A stretch of DNA of 64,000 bases from Lingula anatina (lineage: Eukaryota; Animalia; Brachiopoda). The DNA is taken from positions 18,662,001-18,726,000 of the forward strand of contig CM120640.1 in assembly GCA_051362555.1 (NCBI GenBank). Direction: 5' to 3'. A model generated the notes under the pieces. That model was not told where the DNA came from and made no database searches. It saw only the letters and a list, made by a program, of their open reading frames with translations. Position 1 is the first letter of the stretch, and the number at the start of each line of letters is the position of its first letter. This document shows, piece after piece, positions 1 to 13,157 of the stretch. Made by a program: the position numbers and the translations under genes.

Positions 1-30
1 TTACAAAACAGAAATAACTTACTTATCAAT

Positions 31-3000
31 GTAGGGGGCGCCACTGACTGAGCTGCCCGGGCTGTTTGTGGCTCTCCTAAATTTATGATTTTTGTAACTA
101 GAAGGAGCTATATTGACACTCAATTTTTTTGTACAACACTTTTTAAATGGCTCAGGAATCCACTGATTGCAAAGTTACAGAGGTTTGGACACTGGTTTGG
201 TGATATTTGGACAGTTGCTGTTTCCTGCACAAGGATTGTAACCAAATCTTTAGCTGTCATAGTGTTCTGTATGCACTGTTACCACAGCTAATACCAGGTA
301 TTTTACCAAGTAGAATTCTGTTCACCCAAGAAAATGAGCCTTAGGGCATTCACAGGTACAGCTCACAATGCATGGGCCCACACTAGGAACTTCCTAATTG
401 ACATAAATGCCAGAGGGAAGTACTGTCTGTCAGCTAACACTTGGACCATAATTAAGAAACTAAACATCAACAGACAAGTAAGGGGATCACGTGGTGGAGT
501 GAACCACAGAAGAACCATAACAACTGTTAAGTCAAAGCCACTCTTCCAACTGACAAAACAAACTGGATCTAATTCTGCAAATTTGATACACATTAAAAGG
601 ACATCGTCTCTTTCCGAAAAGCTGAAGCTAAAATGTGCTCTATGGAACGCTAGATCCCTTTCGGGAAAAATAGCCAGCTTGTCATCCCACATCTACGAAG
701 AAAACTTGGACATTTTTCTCCTGACAGAAACTTGGATCAAATCTAATAGAGACCCAATCATCTCAGAGATTACATCAAGTTTACCTGGGTATTCCTTCCA
801 TCATGAATGTCGGACTGGAAAGAGAGGTGGAGGGGTAGCTATTTTAGCCCATCCTCGTCTCAAAATGGTTAAAAAACAAAAACATTCCATGAAATCAATA
901 GAATCTTTAGACATTGTTTTTACATCAAAAAGTGAAACACTACAATTTCTTCTCATCTGCCGTCCTCCAAACAACCCGATCTCGGACTTCTTCGGTGAAT
1001 TTGCAACCTTATTGGAAAAAGTCGTCCCAAAACCAGGCCATCTCATAATCGCCGGGGATTTCAATGTTCATGTTGATAATTCTCATTCCCGTGATGCTTC
1101 ACTTCTGAATGAAATTATATTTTCTAGAGATCTTCAACAGCACATCCATTTCCCAACTCACCAAAAAGGGCACACTCTTGACTTATTGATAACTCGCGCA
1201 TCAGATAATCTTCTCTTTTCAACTGACTCAACAGACTACTTGAATTCAGACCATAGTCTTATAGAATTCTGTCTGAATGTGGCTTGTCCTCCTGCGGTTA
1301 AAACTACGACTTCACGTAGAAACCTGAAAGAAATTGACTCTGATGTTCTTAAAGCAAAACTTCAATCTGCCTTTAACTCCTTCCCACCTGATACCAATGC
1401 AATTGGAAACACTACTTCAGAAGATGTGGACAATCTTCTGCATTCATATCACAACACCATAACCAACATTCTCGACGAACTTGCTCCAGTCAATACTCAA
1501 GTAACACGCAGTAAGTCAACAGCGCCATGGTTTTGTAGTGAACTGTCTGAGATGCGAAAATCAGTTAGAAAATGTGAGCGTAAATGGCGCAACACTGGTC
1601 TGGAAGTCCATCGCCAAATTCACAAAGAAAAACGCCTAGAGTACTGTCGCCGTGCTGATCAACTGAAATCTGACTACCACAAAAAACGCATAGACAACTC
1701 GGATACCAAAAGTCTTTTTATGATTGTTGAGGAGTTAACCGGTTTAAAAAAATCAGCAACAACCATTAAACCAACACTGTACTCTGATGAGCAACTTTGT
1801 TCTGTGTTCCTGGAGTTTTTTAATAACAAAATAGAAAAACTTCGAAAATCCTTTGAAAGCGGAATTAACAACTCCATTATACAAGAAGTTGATCCTCCTA
1901 CATCTCCGAGTTTTTTCAGAGATTTTACCATCGCTACTCCCGAACTAATAAAAAAGCTGATAAACGCCTCTAAGCCAAAATCATCAGAATTGGACATCCT
2001 TCCAACTAACCTCACAAAGGAATGCATAGAAGAATTACTACCTTCCATTACAAAGCTTTTCAACACATCTCTTCAAAGCGGCATAGTCCCTGGGTGTTTC
2101 AAGAAAGCTTTAATCAGACCACTCATAAAAAAGGCCACAGGCAATCCAGACCCTAATGACCTGCAGAACTACCGTCCCATCTCAAACCTCTCATTTCTTT
2201 CAAAAGTACTGGAGCGCCTAGTAGCGACACAGCTAACTGACTATCTGCATACTCATCCATTTTTTGCAAAGGTTCAATCGGCATATAGAACACATCATAG
2301 CACTGAAACAGCGCTGCTCAAGGTGCACAATGATATTCTTCTGGCACTCAATGATCAGAAACAAGTGGTCTTATTATTACTTGATTTGTCTGCAGCCTTT
2401 GACACAATAAACCACGAAATTTTGTTCAACAGACTAAAAAATCGTTTCGGTATAGATGGTATTGCATTGGCATGGTTCAAATCATACCTGACTGAGCGTG
2501 AACAATCAGTCTCAATAGGCACTCACAAATCACCGTCAACACCACTAACTTGTGGTGTACCACAAGGTTCTGTACTCGGCCCCATCCTGTTCACTCTCTA
2601 CACGTCACCAATTGAGGACATTGTCTCTGAGTACGGTTTTAACCTTATGCTCTATGCAGACGACTCACAAATTTATATTGTTTGCGACAGGCCATCAGAT
2701 GTAATACCATCTATCCAGAAATGTATTATTCAGTTGAGCCAATGGCTTGATGCCAATTCACTTGTTTTCAATGATGGCAAAACAGAAGTAGTTCACTTTA
2801 CTTCTCGTTTTTCTAAGGATGCGGAAAAACTAGAACTATTAGAAATTGGAAACAGTACAGTCACGGTAAAAGATGAGGTTAAAAACCTTGGAGTAATTTT
2901 TGATAATAGGTGCGATATGGCTGCCGACATCAGCAAAAAATGCAAAGCCGCTTTCTATGGTCTTAAAAAAATTTCCAAACTATCCCACATCCTCGATAAA

Positions 3001-3712
3001 AGTCAAATGGAGAGGCTTGTCCATGCCTTTATAACTTCACATCTTGACTACGGAAACAGTCTACTGTATGGTCTTCCTACCTATCAAATTGAAAAATTGC
3101 AATCTGTCCAAAATGCTGCAGCACGACTACTGACCAAAATCCCTCTCAGATCAAACATTTCACCCATTTTATTCGAACTACATTGGCTTCCTGTACGACA
3201 GAGAATTGTTTTTAAATTACTGTTGTTTGTTTTTAAATTCACTAGAGGTGAATGCCCCTCATATTTTAACTCGATGCTTCATCCAAGTACACCCAGTCTC
3301 ACCAGGTCTACCAGATCCACCTCCACTCCTTGTTTTATCAGAAATGATAATAAAAAAACAACCAAAACCTACGGCCACAGGGCATTTTCAATTTCAGCAC
3401 CAATTTTATGGAATCAATTACCCTCACACATTCTGACTATTGACAGTGTTGAGGTTTTTAAAAAAGATTTAAAAACATTCTTATTTGCACAGTATTTTAA
3501 TTAATATCTTCTCATTTTATCAGAAAAAAAGTTTTATTGTTCAGACCATTACTATTTTAACCAGTTTTAATTATTTTAATTGTTTTTTTTTTTACCTTAG
3601 CTTTTATTATATATATAATAAGTTGTAATCCTAATAATTTTACCTGTAAACAGCAATGAGACGCTAGTGTAGTGCGGTTTTAAGAAATAAATATTATTAT
3701 TATTATTATTAT
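31..3712 (+). mobile_element. Non-LTR retrotransposon (LINE, L2/CR1 group) with intact ORF, in intron 2 of FCGBP-N gene D in antisense orientation
   Basis: Uninterrupted 1056-aa endonuclease+RT ORF. The 3' UTR ends in AATAAA plus a (TAT)n tail at ~3687-3712. The C-terminal HWLPV..RI.FK and LKTFLF motifs are typical of L2-like elements. The 5' boundary is approximate and no convincing TSD was found. Confidence 0.9.
334..3504 (+). CDS. LINE ORF2-type protein: APE-like endonuclease + reverse transcriptase
   Basis: Endonuclease motifs WNARSL, LTETW, GGGVAI, GDFNVH, GHTLDL, SDH. RT motifs YRPISNL, LLDLSAAFDTI, GVPQGSVLGPILF, YADD. Confidence 0.95.
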   Translation: MSLRAFTGTAHNAWAHTRNFLIDINARGKYCLSANTWTIIKKLNINRQVRGSRGGVNHRRTITTVKSKPLFQLTKQTGSNSANLIHIKRTSSLSEKLKLKCALWNARSLSGKIASLSSHIYEENLDIFLLTETWIKSNRDPIISEITSSLPGYSFHHECRTGKRGGGVAILAHPRLKMVKKQKHSMKSIESLDIVFTSKSETLQFLLICRPPNNPISDFFGEFATLLEKVVPKPGHLIIAGDFNVHVDNSHSRDASLLNEIIFSRDLQQHIHFPTHQKGHTLDLLITRASDNLLFSTDSTDYLNSDHSLIEFCLNVACPPAVKTTTSRRNLKEIDSDVLKAKLQSAFNSFPPDTNAIGNTTSEDVDNLLHSYHNTITNILDELAPVNTQVTRSKSTAPWFCSELSEMRKSVRKCERKWRNTGLEVHRQIHKEKRLEYCRRADQLKSDYHKKRIDNSDTKSLFMIVEELTGLKKSATTIKPTLYSDEQLCSVFLEFFNNKIEKLRKSFESGINNSIIQEVDPPTSPSFFRDFTIATPELIKKLINASKPKSSELDILPTNLTKECIEELLPSITKLFNTSLQSGIVPGCFKKALIRPLIKKATGNPDPNDLQNYRPISNLSFLSKVLERLVATQLTDYLHTHPFFAKVQSAYRTHHSTETALLKVHNDILLALNDQKQVVLLLLDLSAAFDTINHEILFNRLKNRFGIDGIALAWFKSYLTEREQSVSIGTHKSPSTPLTCGVPQGSVLGPILFTLYTSPIEDIVSEYGFNLMLYADDSQIYIVCDRPSDVIPSIQKCIIQLSQWLDANSLVFNDGKTEVVHFTSRFSKDAEKLELLEIGNSTVTVKDEVKNLGVIFDNRCDMAADISKKCKAAFYGLKKISKLSHILDKSQMERLVHAFITSHLDYGNSLLYGLPTYQIEKLQSVQNAAARLLTKIPLRSNISPILFELHWLPVRQRIVFKLLLFVFKFTRGECPSYFNSMLHPSTPSLTRSTRSTSTPCFIRNDNKKTTKTYGHRAFSISAPILWNQLPSHILTIDSVEVFKKDLKTFLFAQYFN

Positions 3713-3924
3713 CTTTATCTGATTTATATGGTTTTTAAATTGCACATTTATTATTAAGCAAATCATCATATTCTCCACTTATTAATAAAGCACAATGCTG
3801 CCAGAATACCGTTAAAATTCAGTCTCGAACAAATCTAAGACACATTAAAGAATAAAACAAACATATCTGTCTGAAGAAAAGAATTCTTCTCCCGTGTTTG
3901 CCAAAAGAACTAAGTTTGCCTTAC

Positions 3925-4495
3925 CGTTGAGAGTTGTTCTTTGAGTTTGACCAGCGTTGGACATCGAGTGAGATTGACCGTAGCTCCCCTAGGATCTCTT
4001 GTTGTCACATGGATTTCGGGCTGATCAGATCCTGCCGAGGTAGGGAGATTACTGCCAAACATCACCACAAATTCATTCCCAAGGGTGTCATAGTTTTTCT
4101 CTGTTCCTGCAAAATAATCGTAATATATAAATACGTTGCATATAGAGTGAAATGCTTTTTTCTCCCTTTTTTATTAGTCTAGGTTCATAATCCCGAAACT
4201 CCATTTGACACTTATATTAATTAATTTTTTGCAGGTTTCCGATTGCATTTTTGATGCTTTATCATTGTTTTGGATGGAATGATATCGTTTTATTTCTTAA
4301 GAATGCAACTTTGGAAATATACAATGATGATTTGTATTTGGAGAATAATGATTTCTCTGACTAACAAAGAGTAGCCAATTAAAACATTTAAATCGTGTAC
4401 TAGTCACGCATGACGCAGAAAATAGTAGCATCGTGAAACTACTCACCTTCTGTGACAGGAAGAATCAACAAAACCACACCGATTATCTTAAGCAT
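3925..4495 (-). CDS. 5' part (exons 1-2) of a divergent IgGFc-binding N-terminal domain protein (gene D); remainder lies left of the window
   Basis: Exon 1 (4495-4447) encodes the signal peptide MLKIIGVVLLILPVTE with a GTGAGT donor. Exon 2 (4106-3925) encodes GTEKNYDTLGNEFVVMFGSNLP...PEIHVTT...ATVNL with a GTAAGG donor. Intron phases (1,0) and the F.V.FG...EIH motif match exons 1-2 of genes A-C. Confidence 0.7.
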
Positions 4496-6717
4496 GTTTC
4501 AAACCTTCTTTTGGTGTGTTTTGGTCGGGACTGGGTCTTGTTTTTCAGTGACTTTCGTACACAGTTTTGTAACCGGTGATTTATTCTTAGCACATGTCTC
4601 CATGCTACTGTGTTAATGCCTCAAGGTTAGCGACGGTAAGAACAATTTACATGTACCAAACCAACTACTGTTACATTACACCGCGGCAGATATGCCAGTC
4701 TACTATAGGACATTTCCGCTAAAATGATTGCCATTATCTTCAAGCTGTTTCTTTCAATAAAATATTGATAGTTTTGATTGAAACAAAAGTGGAAAGTACA
4801 CTTATTTTCAGAATCGCCCTTTTAAGACGCTCGACTGCTCCTTGGTAGCCACATTTAATTAAATAGTTAATCTGAAGACCAAAGACGGTATCTGCAGCTG
4901 GTGATAACATTGTGAAGGGACCTTGATATCTTTGGAAACTGAGGTAGATCCTTGCCTTGTTGTATCTTTAGCATTAAAGGCATTTTCCCTGACGAAGCTA
5001 TTTTCGAGCATGGCTAAGTTGGTGACAGGAATATTTCAAATCCCCCTTATGATAACCTCACCGAATCATATTCAGCTGCCATATAAAAAGATATAACCAA
5101 TGACAGGCAATTTTGCATAAATAGATCATATGGAAGAAATCCAAATGAGACTTACAAAGATCTAGAGAACTAACTACATCCCAATTAAATTGCAAATGTA
5201 GTTCTGCTGAAAAATTCTCATTGTTCTTTTTTTCTACTGGATAACCCTACCGCCTCTCTGATAACTTCTTTACTTAAGTCTGTTTGCACTGATAACAATA
5301 AAGCACTGACGGTTTTTATAAGAAAGGGTAAGTTCAGATATCACCAATCCCATTTTTTTTCCAGTTGGCAGATGTCAGATGACCGCGTCAACATGTATTC
5401 CCCATATCTTCATGTCTTGTTAACTGTTTGCAGATCTTGAGCATTGGTGTTAATTGAAATGCATGTAAAATGGCTGTGAAAAGGGAAAAAGGAAGAATGA
5501 AGTATGAAATGTATTTGTCAAAAATACTGCTTGTCCATTGTCTGTTGCAGAAATTGTTAATCGATATTTTGCTTGTTTAAAAAATATCCATTTGGTTATC
5601 CAAATTATTTGCATCTTTATATATTTATATATATATATATATATTTCAATTATCTGTTAATTCATTTCCATGTTTGTGTGTTTATCTACATGTATTTGTC
5701 TATTCGACAGCTTTTTGTTTAAATTATATTTTCCAGATCCAAATGGCACATAACGTGTTTGAAGTTGTACTCCCGTGTAGAGCAAAATTGTAATTAAAAA
5801 AGGAATTATTTGCTGGAAAACGAGATTTGCCGTTGGTTATCATAGTGCAACTTCATAAGCTAAGTTTGAAGTGATTTAGATTGGATGTTGGAAAAGAAAT
5901 GAAAAGCAAAAATTATAGATTGATCCACCCTTTGAGTTAAAAAGTTGCAGAGGGATTTAAATTAAAAATCAAGCACCTAATGTTAAAAAAAGGGATAATC
6001 GTTCTAAAAAGCATTGATTCCATAATGTGTCCTTGGTTGCTACTTGCCTCCCTTTTGCTGTGTTTGTTCATAATTCAAATGTGAATTCCATAGATTACAT
6101 TTGTCACACACTAGTGGTCTCCTACTTAGTGCAACCCTAGTGATAAATGGCGTGTCCCCCACTTAGGAAGAGCATCCATGTAAATATACAAATCCATATG
6201 CAAGCAAATTTAAGCCTGCGTGACTCAGCCGGAATCCCAGATGACCGGAGAAAGAGCCGCACAGCTTACCTGGACATAATGGAATAGCCATATTTGTATA
6301 TTCACAGATATAGAATTAAGCTTTTCATTTTGGGAGTACATTCTTACAGTATAATAGTATCATCAAAAAAAAGTTTTTTTTGTCCCTTTCTTTCCAATAT
6401 TGATTAAGCAATCCAAGATGTCGGTTGGTTTACACTATGAAAATAACCAAAAGTCATCAAATATACCCTTGCAATGGCACTGCACTGATTGCGTATCAAA
6501 GATGAGATAAAAGAGACATTTAAGTAACAACCGTGCATTTCAATGAGTGAATATTGACGTCTTATCGAGGTGGAAAGGCTAACTGGCCATTGGGTACAAT
6601 AGCAGTCCTGATTTTTACGTCTGGGTCAAACGGTCTGCTACTGGAACTTCATTTCGCACCGGGTGATATGTACGCCTCTGGTAATCAATTGCAACATGGC
6701 AGAAACCGACTAATGAG

Positions 6718-6722
<5 letters not shown>

Positions 6723-6781
<59 letters not shown>
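6723..6781. repeat. (TA)n microsatellite
   Basis: Perfect TA dinucleotide run. Confidence 0.95.
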
Positions 6782-6785
<4 letters not shown>

Positions 6786-7059
6786 AAAATTTTTTTCGTA
6801 ATATCCACATCCTTATTTTCAAAATCGGTTGTTGGAACGAGTGGAACAAGAGCAGTCTGTACAATTGTTGCTCTTTTGAATTGATGGGTTCTTGTACAAC
6901 ATAATTGCTAACGTTAGAAGAGAATCGAAAGAGAGCATGCCTGACAAGAAGAAGAAAGGAACAAAAACACAAATAACATTTATGAAAACTATTTGTGCTT
7001 TGATTTACACACAACTCAGAGTCTTGTGTTTGTATGTGGTCTGACACTGCAACACTCGA

Positions 7060-7172
7060 CAAGAGACAAACGGACAGCGGACAAACAGACAGCCTGACAT
7101 ACAACCCAACAGACAATCTCTCAGAGAGAGAAAGGTGGATTGATAGACAGACAGACAGACAGACAGACAAGC
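7060..7172. repeat. Degenerate (GACA)n microsatellite
   Basis: Repeated gaca/caga units, perfect at ~7146-7169. Confidence 0.75.
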
Positions 7173-10100
7173 AAAACAGATGGTGGCTTGGTGGACTCAA
7201 ATTGCAATGTAGTTGAAAAATAGTCGGAACAGCCAAGTACTTTAACAAAACCTTCTGTCATCTTACTTTTCCATTTACATTCAATTTCCTTTTGGTTGCT
7301 TGGCTACTAAAAATGTCGGCTCTACACGGGGATGATTGATAGCTACCATCAAAGATCCCTGTTTACTCCAACACTGTTTTCCCTTTGTTCTTTTCTAAGT
7401 TTTTCTGAAAGCAATGCTGTGATTCATATTTAAAGCAAATTTACCAAATTTTAGTGTAAAAGGCCAGCATGGCCCTATATCATATCGTTTTCTGTCATTT
7501 TTCACCTAATTAGAATAAACTCAACGTTTATCTAATTATGATAATTGGTCATCTTAGAAAACCGTCCTACATTGAGAGAAATTATTGAAAATGCGCCAGT
7601 GAAGATAAAAGGCATTCATATATAGCACAATACTCCGCTGTAACACTCGTATCGGCACTTGAATGGAAAAGAACATTTTGGGGTGTTTTCAGTAATTCGG
7701 CGAATTGTAAAGTGCGCTTTTTGTTCCCAACTTATGCTATTTTTGTAGCAAAGAGCGTGCACTCTTGGCCAAACAAGGGGTGAATGAATCACATATCAAG
7801 GAGAAACTGCATTTTAAAACAGCTCATTCCTCTTTGAGCTTTATAATGTAACAAACCCAAAGACTTTTCAACTGGCATACAAAATGAAGGTACAATATAT
7901 ACATCAACTGACGCCATACCATTTTTATTCTTTCCCTTTCCTTGTTTTTTTTTCAACAAAGATTTTTTAAAGGATGTCAAATGACAAAGTGCATGTTAGA
8001 TTTAGTTACACTAGCAACAAAATCATTTTAAAATGCGCCAGAGAAGATTAGATTTCACTATTGAAAAAAACTTCCCAGCTAACAAAATGCTTTCTTCTCT
8101 TACCAATCGTCTGACGTTAAAAGAAAAAAAAAAACTTTGATGCTGTTTATTGTTAGAGCTTTATGCGTTCCTTCTGTAAATAGATAAAAAGGGAATAAGT
8201 AATGGTATTTAAATTATTAAATTTTAATTAGATAAAACGACTTTGTTGTCAAAGGTAATGTTATGTCTGTATTGCTAATCAAACGGTTCTATTCTACCCT
8301 TCCATGTCTATATGTCTGTATAAGTCTGATTTCTACAACAGTTAGTAGACGTAACTCTTCAGGCAAAGTGATTACGTGAACTTCAATGGATTTGGTACGT
8401 TATTTTTCTTTGTCTGTATTCTTTTAAGACACCCTGTGCTAATGTCTAAGAGTACCTCACATACCTAAAAAAACTGTGGTTTCGTTATCTCTTACTCAAG
8501 AATTGTTTTTAACAAGCAGTGGGATGGTTAGTCATGCTTTAATATAGATATTTCCAACGTTATCCATAAACTCCAACCGATAAACAACCTGTGAAAAGAA
8601 AATCTAGTGTGTTATTTTTTGCTTAGAGCATTAAAGCGCCAAAACAAAATGAAACGGATAAGTCTTTAAATAAGAGATGCATGTCCACGAAAGAAACTGT
8701 CGCTACCTTAGCGTTGATTATTTCACAATTTATATCTTGATTCCAAAGAGCGCACTTGTACATATTAACATTTCCCCCACTAGACTCGACACCTGATAAG
8801 TAATATCCCGCTAAGTTAGGAAAGTCATCCATGTAAATATCCACATCCATAAGCAAGCAAACGATAAGTCTCAGAAACTCTTGCAATCAAACTCAATTTC
8901 AAGCTTGACTCGTTCATTTTTTGTCTTTATTTTGAAAAAAAGTTTGTCAACAGTATTACCAGTTTTAGCAATCTTTTCATTTGCAATATCTGTCAAAAAT
9001 GACGCAGCTTTTTTCAGCGTAAATGAAATGTCTGTCTTTTTCTGAGGCAAGGTGTGTGAGCGTATGGGCTTTAATATCACCAGTCACTTATAAAGAGGAC
9101 ATTAAGAATACATAAAGATGCAACATATATCTGTGAATGATTTACACGCGATATATCTCATTCGAAGAATGTCAGTATAATTATGACAACAAAATTATAT
9201 TTTAACACAAAGAGCACAAGGAGAAAAAGATGAACAAATGTGTGAAAATAGCCGTAGAAATATAGCTCACATGCCAATATATTTCCGCAATTTCCTTTTA
9301 TTACTTAAATCTGTCAAGGCACATGCAGCTGATGAAAGTGAAATGACGCGTTTTAGTGTCATCAGTCGCTTAAAGAATATATGAAGATATAGGATGAGGC
9401 AGATTTTTTTACGTTATGACTCACTGAGGGTGGGATCTTAATCTTTAACCTTACTCCTCGGTGGTCTTTAAACACTGTTTACATTTTTTTCATGTTATCA
9501 TATAATTGAATTAATAGTTGATGGCGCGTGCAAATACATCTACTTGTTGCCAAACCCATCAACACGAAACCAAAATTTGAGATTGATTCCGGTTATTGTG
9601 CCTTTCAAAGGGTATTTTGTCCCATTTGTCAAATACACTTGCGGATCCATAATCGTACCGAGGCTTCGGAGGGACCCCCTTCTCCCCTTTTAATCTTCTC
9701 TCCCCAAGAAATAAATAAGTATAGCCAGCGAAATAAAGACAAAAACCAAGCAATTCCCCCTCCTGTTCCTAATATTTTATAATCTATTGCCCCTATAATG
9801 TCTGCTGTTTTATATTGTGCAATTAATTTGCTTGGGACATGAAATAATGTATAACTTGATTTATATATTTAGCATAACATTAGTATTTAAAAACTTACAT
9901 TCAAAAATCTCTCAGAGTAAAGATGGAAAGGTTTAAAAAGCTACAAAATGTCCTTGACATCACCTCCGACGTAATTTTCACATCACGTAGCCTTTAAATA
10001 GAGTTTTTATTTACAAAATATCAAAAAGTAATTCGGATAGATTTGAGGACTGATATAAGACATTATGAAGTAATCCTCATGTCAGCAAAATTGGGCAGGT

Positions 10101-13100
10101 AAATTGATGGCTACAGTTATAGAGCCTCTGGGATTAATTTTCATTTTCTTTTACGCTTTAGAGCATCTGAAACATAAATAAGCTCGACCATTGAGCAAGT
10201 AATTAGATAGGGCATTGCAGGGTTATAAAACCCAAGATATTAGACCTACAACTAATCTAAAGATTTATGTTCAAGGTTAACAATTTTGCAATGGGATATC
10301 CCCAGATTATCGTGGAAGTGAAAACGAATTTAGTCTGAAATGATTTTTTGCGCATTATTTGTTAACTTTCAATATTGTTTAGGGGTAGCTTGTGTTACAT
10401 GCGTATTGAGAATAACGATATAGTAACTTATTTGCTAGAATTTACCTAGGAAGTGTTGCCTTTATGCATACATGTTTTTAGAGTAAAATCCATGTAAATA
10501 CGTTTAAAGAGGGCACAAAATAAAATAAAATTCTGTTATGGAAATTACTTTCAAAATTACGAATTAACTTATGAACGCAATTCATAATTGCCACATGACA
10601 AAACATTTTCAACCAATATATCTCATATACCTGTGAGAATACGCTTATAGATTGGCGTTTTAATCAACAAAAATAAACATGCGTGTTATCTTATCCAGGC
10701 TCAAGAGCTATTAATATTTTGATACGCTGTGAAGATGGTCAACCAGCGCGACCCCGGAACGCCAGTGGGGGTCTTACCGCTGTAAATTGGATGCGTCCAC
10801 AAATTTTGATGCAGCATCATTTTGTTTCTCGCTGCAGCTTTTCGTATATAAAAAGTGTACGTAATCCGTGGTTTCTTATTTGGTGATAGACTTTCTCAAA
10901 AGGTCGAAGTAGCAGTTTTCGAATTTGGTGTCAGTCTTTACGAGTCATCTAATGTTGGATAGACACAATCTGTCAACTTGATTCACTTTCTATGAACTTA
11001 TAATTTCTTTCTAATGTACATCTTTTGATACATATTACTTCACCTAAAGTTTATCCCTCCCAAATGAATCTATGTCCTGGAACGTTTTAAGAGCAAAAAA
11101 CCGGAACGAAAATCTGATATCTTTACTTCTGATTTCCATGAGTATCATTTAACTTATTGTTTAATTTATTTATTTATTTAATCACAATTTTCACTGTTGT
11201 ATCAATTCGTTTGAATATTGAAAATATCGAGGAGCGTGGGGTTTTGGGGATTAAATACATGTAATAGCAAATGCTAAATGATAATATACGTATACTTATA
11301 AATGGAAAAACAAATACTGTATTTTTCAAAGGTTGAACATATAACACAGATTGGGTTGTTTGCTGATTTTAGACATGGTTGAGAAATTTGCAAAAAAAAA
11401 AAAAAAAAAACATCTGGATCTGGATCACAATTCGAATTACTGTCCCTGTATTAGGTGAAAACGTGTTCTTAAGTTATTATTCAATGAGAAAAGGTCAAGT
11501 AAACGAATTGTTGGCGGAAAACTCGTCCTTGAAGACTTACTGCTTTAAAAAACACAGAATGCTAACTGATTTATTACCAATATATATACTGTAAATCAAC
11601 GACAATTTTCTTTTATCGGAGTCATTCCCTCACCAAATGTAAATCGGTCCATGAAGAGCCCTGGAAGTGATCTTAAATTCCTTTCCTTTTTAAAACCTTC
11701 CATGCATTTGTTGTTAACACGACATATTAAAGGTGAGCAGTCCAAAGGCTTTCACATGGAAATCTTTCTCTTAAAACACAAATACTGGATTAATCTTTTG
11801 GAAAAATCAATAATGTGCTTGTCTGATAGGAAAAGGCATTCTGTGGATAGATCGATATTGTTACTACCTCTTTTTATTTATGCCTTATGACACCGTTTTA
11901 AATAAATAGGAAACTGTTTATCAGTGCAGCCCATTTATTGAGAAGAGCTAGTTATGTATCACGCCAAGAATAAAACAAAATATAATAAAATAAAAGCAGC
12001 TGTACGTGTGAAGAGAGTAACTTATTAGATAAGCAATACTTCAATTCTCTTCAAACTGTACTGATTCGTACAGTATAAAATTATAATTAATTCACTATGG
12101 TGTTATGCTGTTATAATAATAATGTAAATAAATGTTGCCATGCTATTTGAAATGGTCTAGAATTGTAAATAGCTAGCGACCAATTATAAAAAGTTCAAAA
12201 GAAATTCATACGTAGGCCTTGTTGTGTATATACAGTATATATAATGCAGGAAAAACAAAGGCATCATAGTGCACTATACTGAGATTAAAAAACCTAGACA
12301 AAATAACACCTCGTTCTTGGTAGGCACACGCTTTTAATGCCTGACTTTAAAATAAATGCAGCAAACTACGTATTAACACAGACGATCATATGACTGACAA
12401 AAATTGAAGAATCCAGCAAGTCAGTCATGTAGAACACCGCATTGCTGCGTTGGCAAATCTGGTGTATTTAATAAAATATTGAAAATGATAAAGCATGTGT
12501 AAAAGAGATAACATTCTAAATTATATAAAAGTGAAAGGCTATATTAAGTGCCGACCAGCTAATTTTGCTTCGTGTTCATATCACTTAGCACGTTCCCGTC
12601 TATAGTAATTTATTTGACGGATACCTCAATCCTGAGAAGGTTACATGAGTACGAGAGCTTATGAAACTATCACTATATATTTAGTGGGTTGCTTCTCGCA
12701 CAGAATGTATTGACGGCTATTCATAAGGCAGATATGCAACAAAGACAAAGATTTTGATACATAGTCGGCTACTTTTTTACATCGGCAAAGTAGAAAGTGC
12801 TCAAATAAAATGACATTTCTGTTCTACATAAGACAGCAGTGGCTAGATAAATACTAAAATGTCTTTCCTTTAATTCTCTCACACAAACACACGCGCGAAC
12901 GCGCACGAACACGCAATCCTATATTAGTCTTATTGTTGTCATATATTGGCTTTTGGTCATGTCGCTGGGAGACACCGTAAGAACTCCCATTTTGAAGATA
13001 TGAATCTTTTTTTTTTTACCCTGTCTAATCTTAATTTGTTTTACACTACCCATGTAATAGGTCGTGTCGTCTAATTTTAAGGCCTAGCTCTGGCACAATA

Positions 13101-13157
13101 TTATAGCTGATTAAACGCTTTTTAACCAATCTTTCAATGTTAAACAGGGTCAGGTAA

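Noticed and set aside
85-291. 68-aa ORF upstream of the LINE ORF as a possible ORF1
   Set aside because: Too short, with no RRM, zinc-knuckle, esterase or coiled-coil features; treated as 5' UTR.
363-2066. Minus-strand ORFs (363-692, 801-1064, 1674-2066)
   Set aside because: Antisense shadows of the LINE ORF.
6554-7248. ORFs with YIYIYI and CLSVCLSV runs
   Set aside because: Translations of (TA)n and (GACA)n microsatellites.
8623-9080. Two adjacent minus-strand ORFs (87 and 69 aa)
   Set aside because: No recognisable domain or consistent splice structure.
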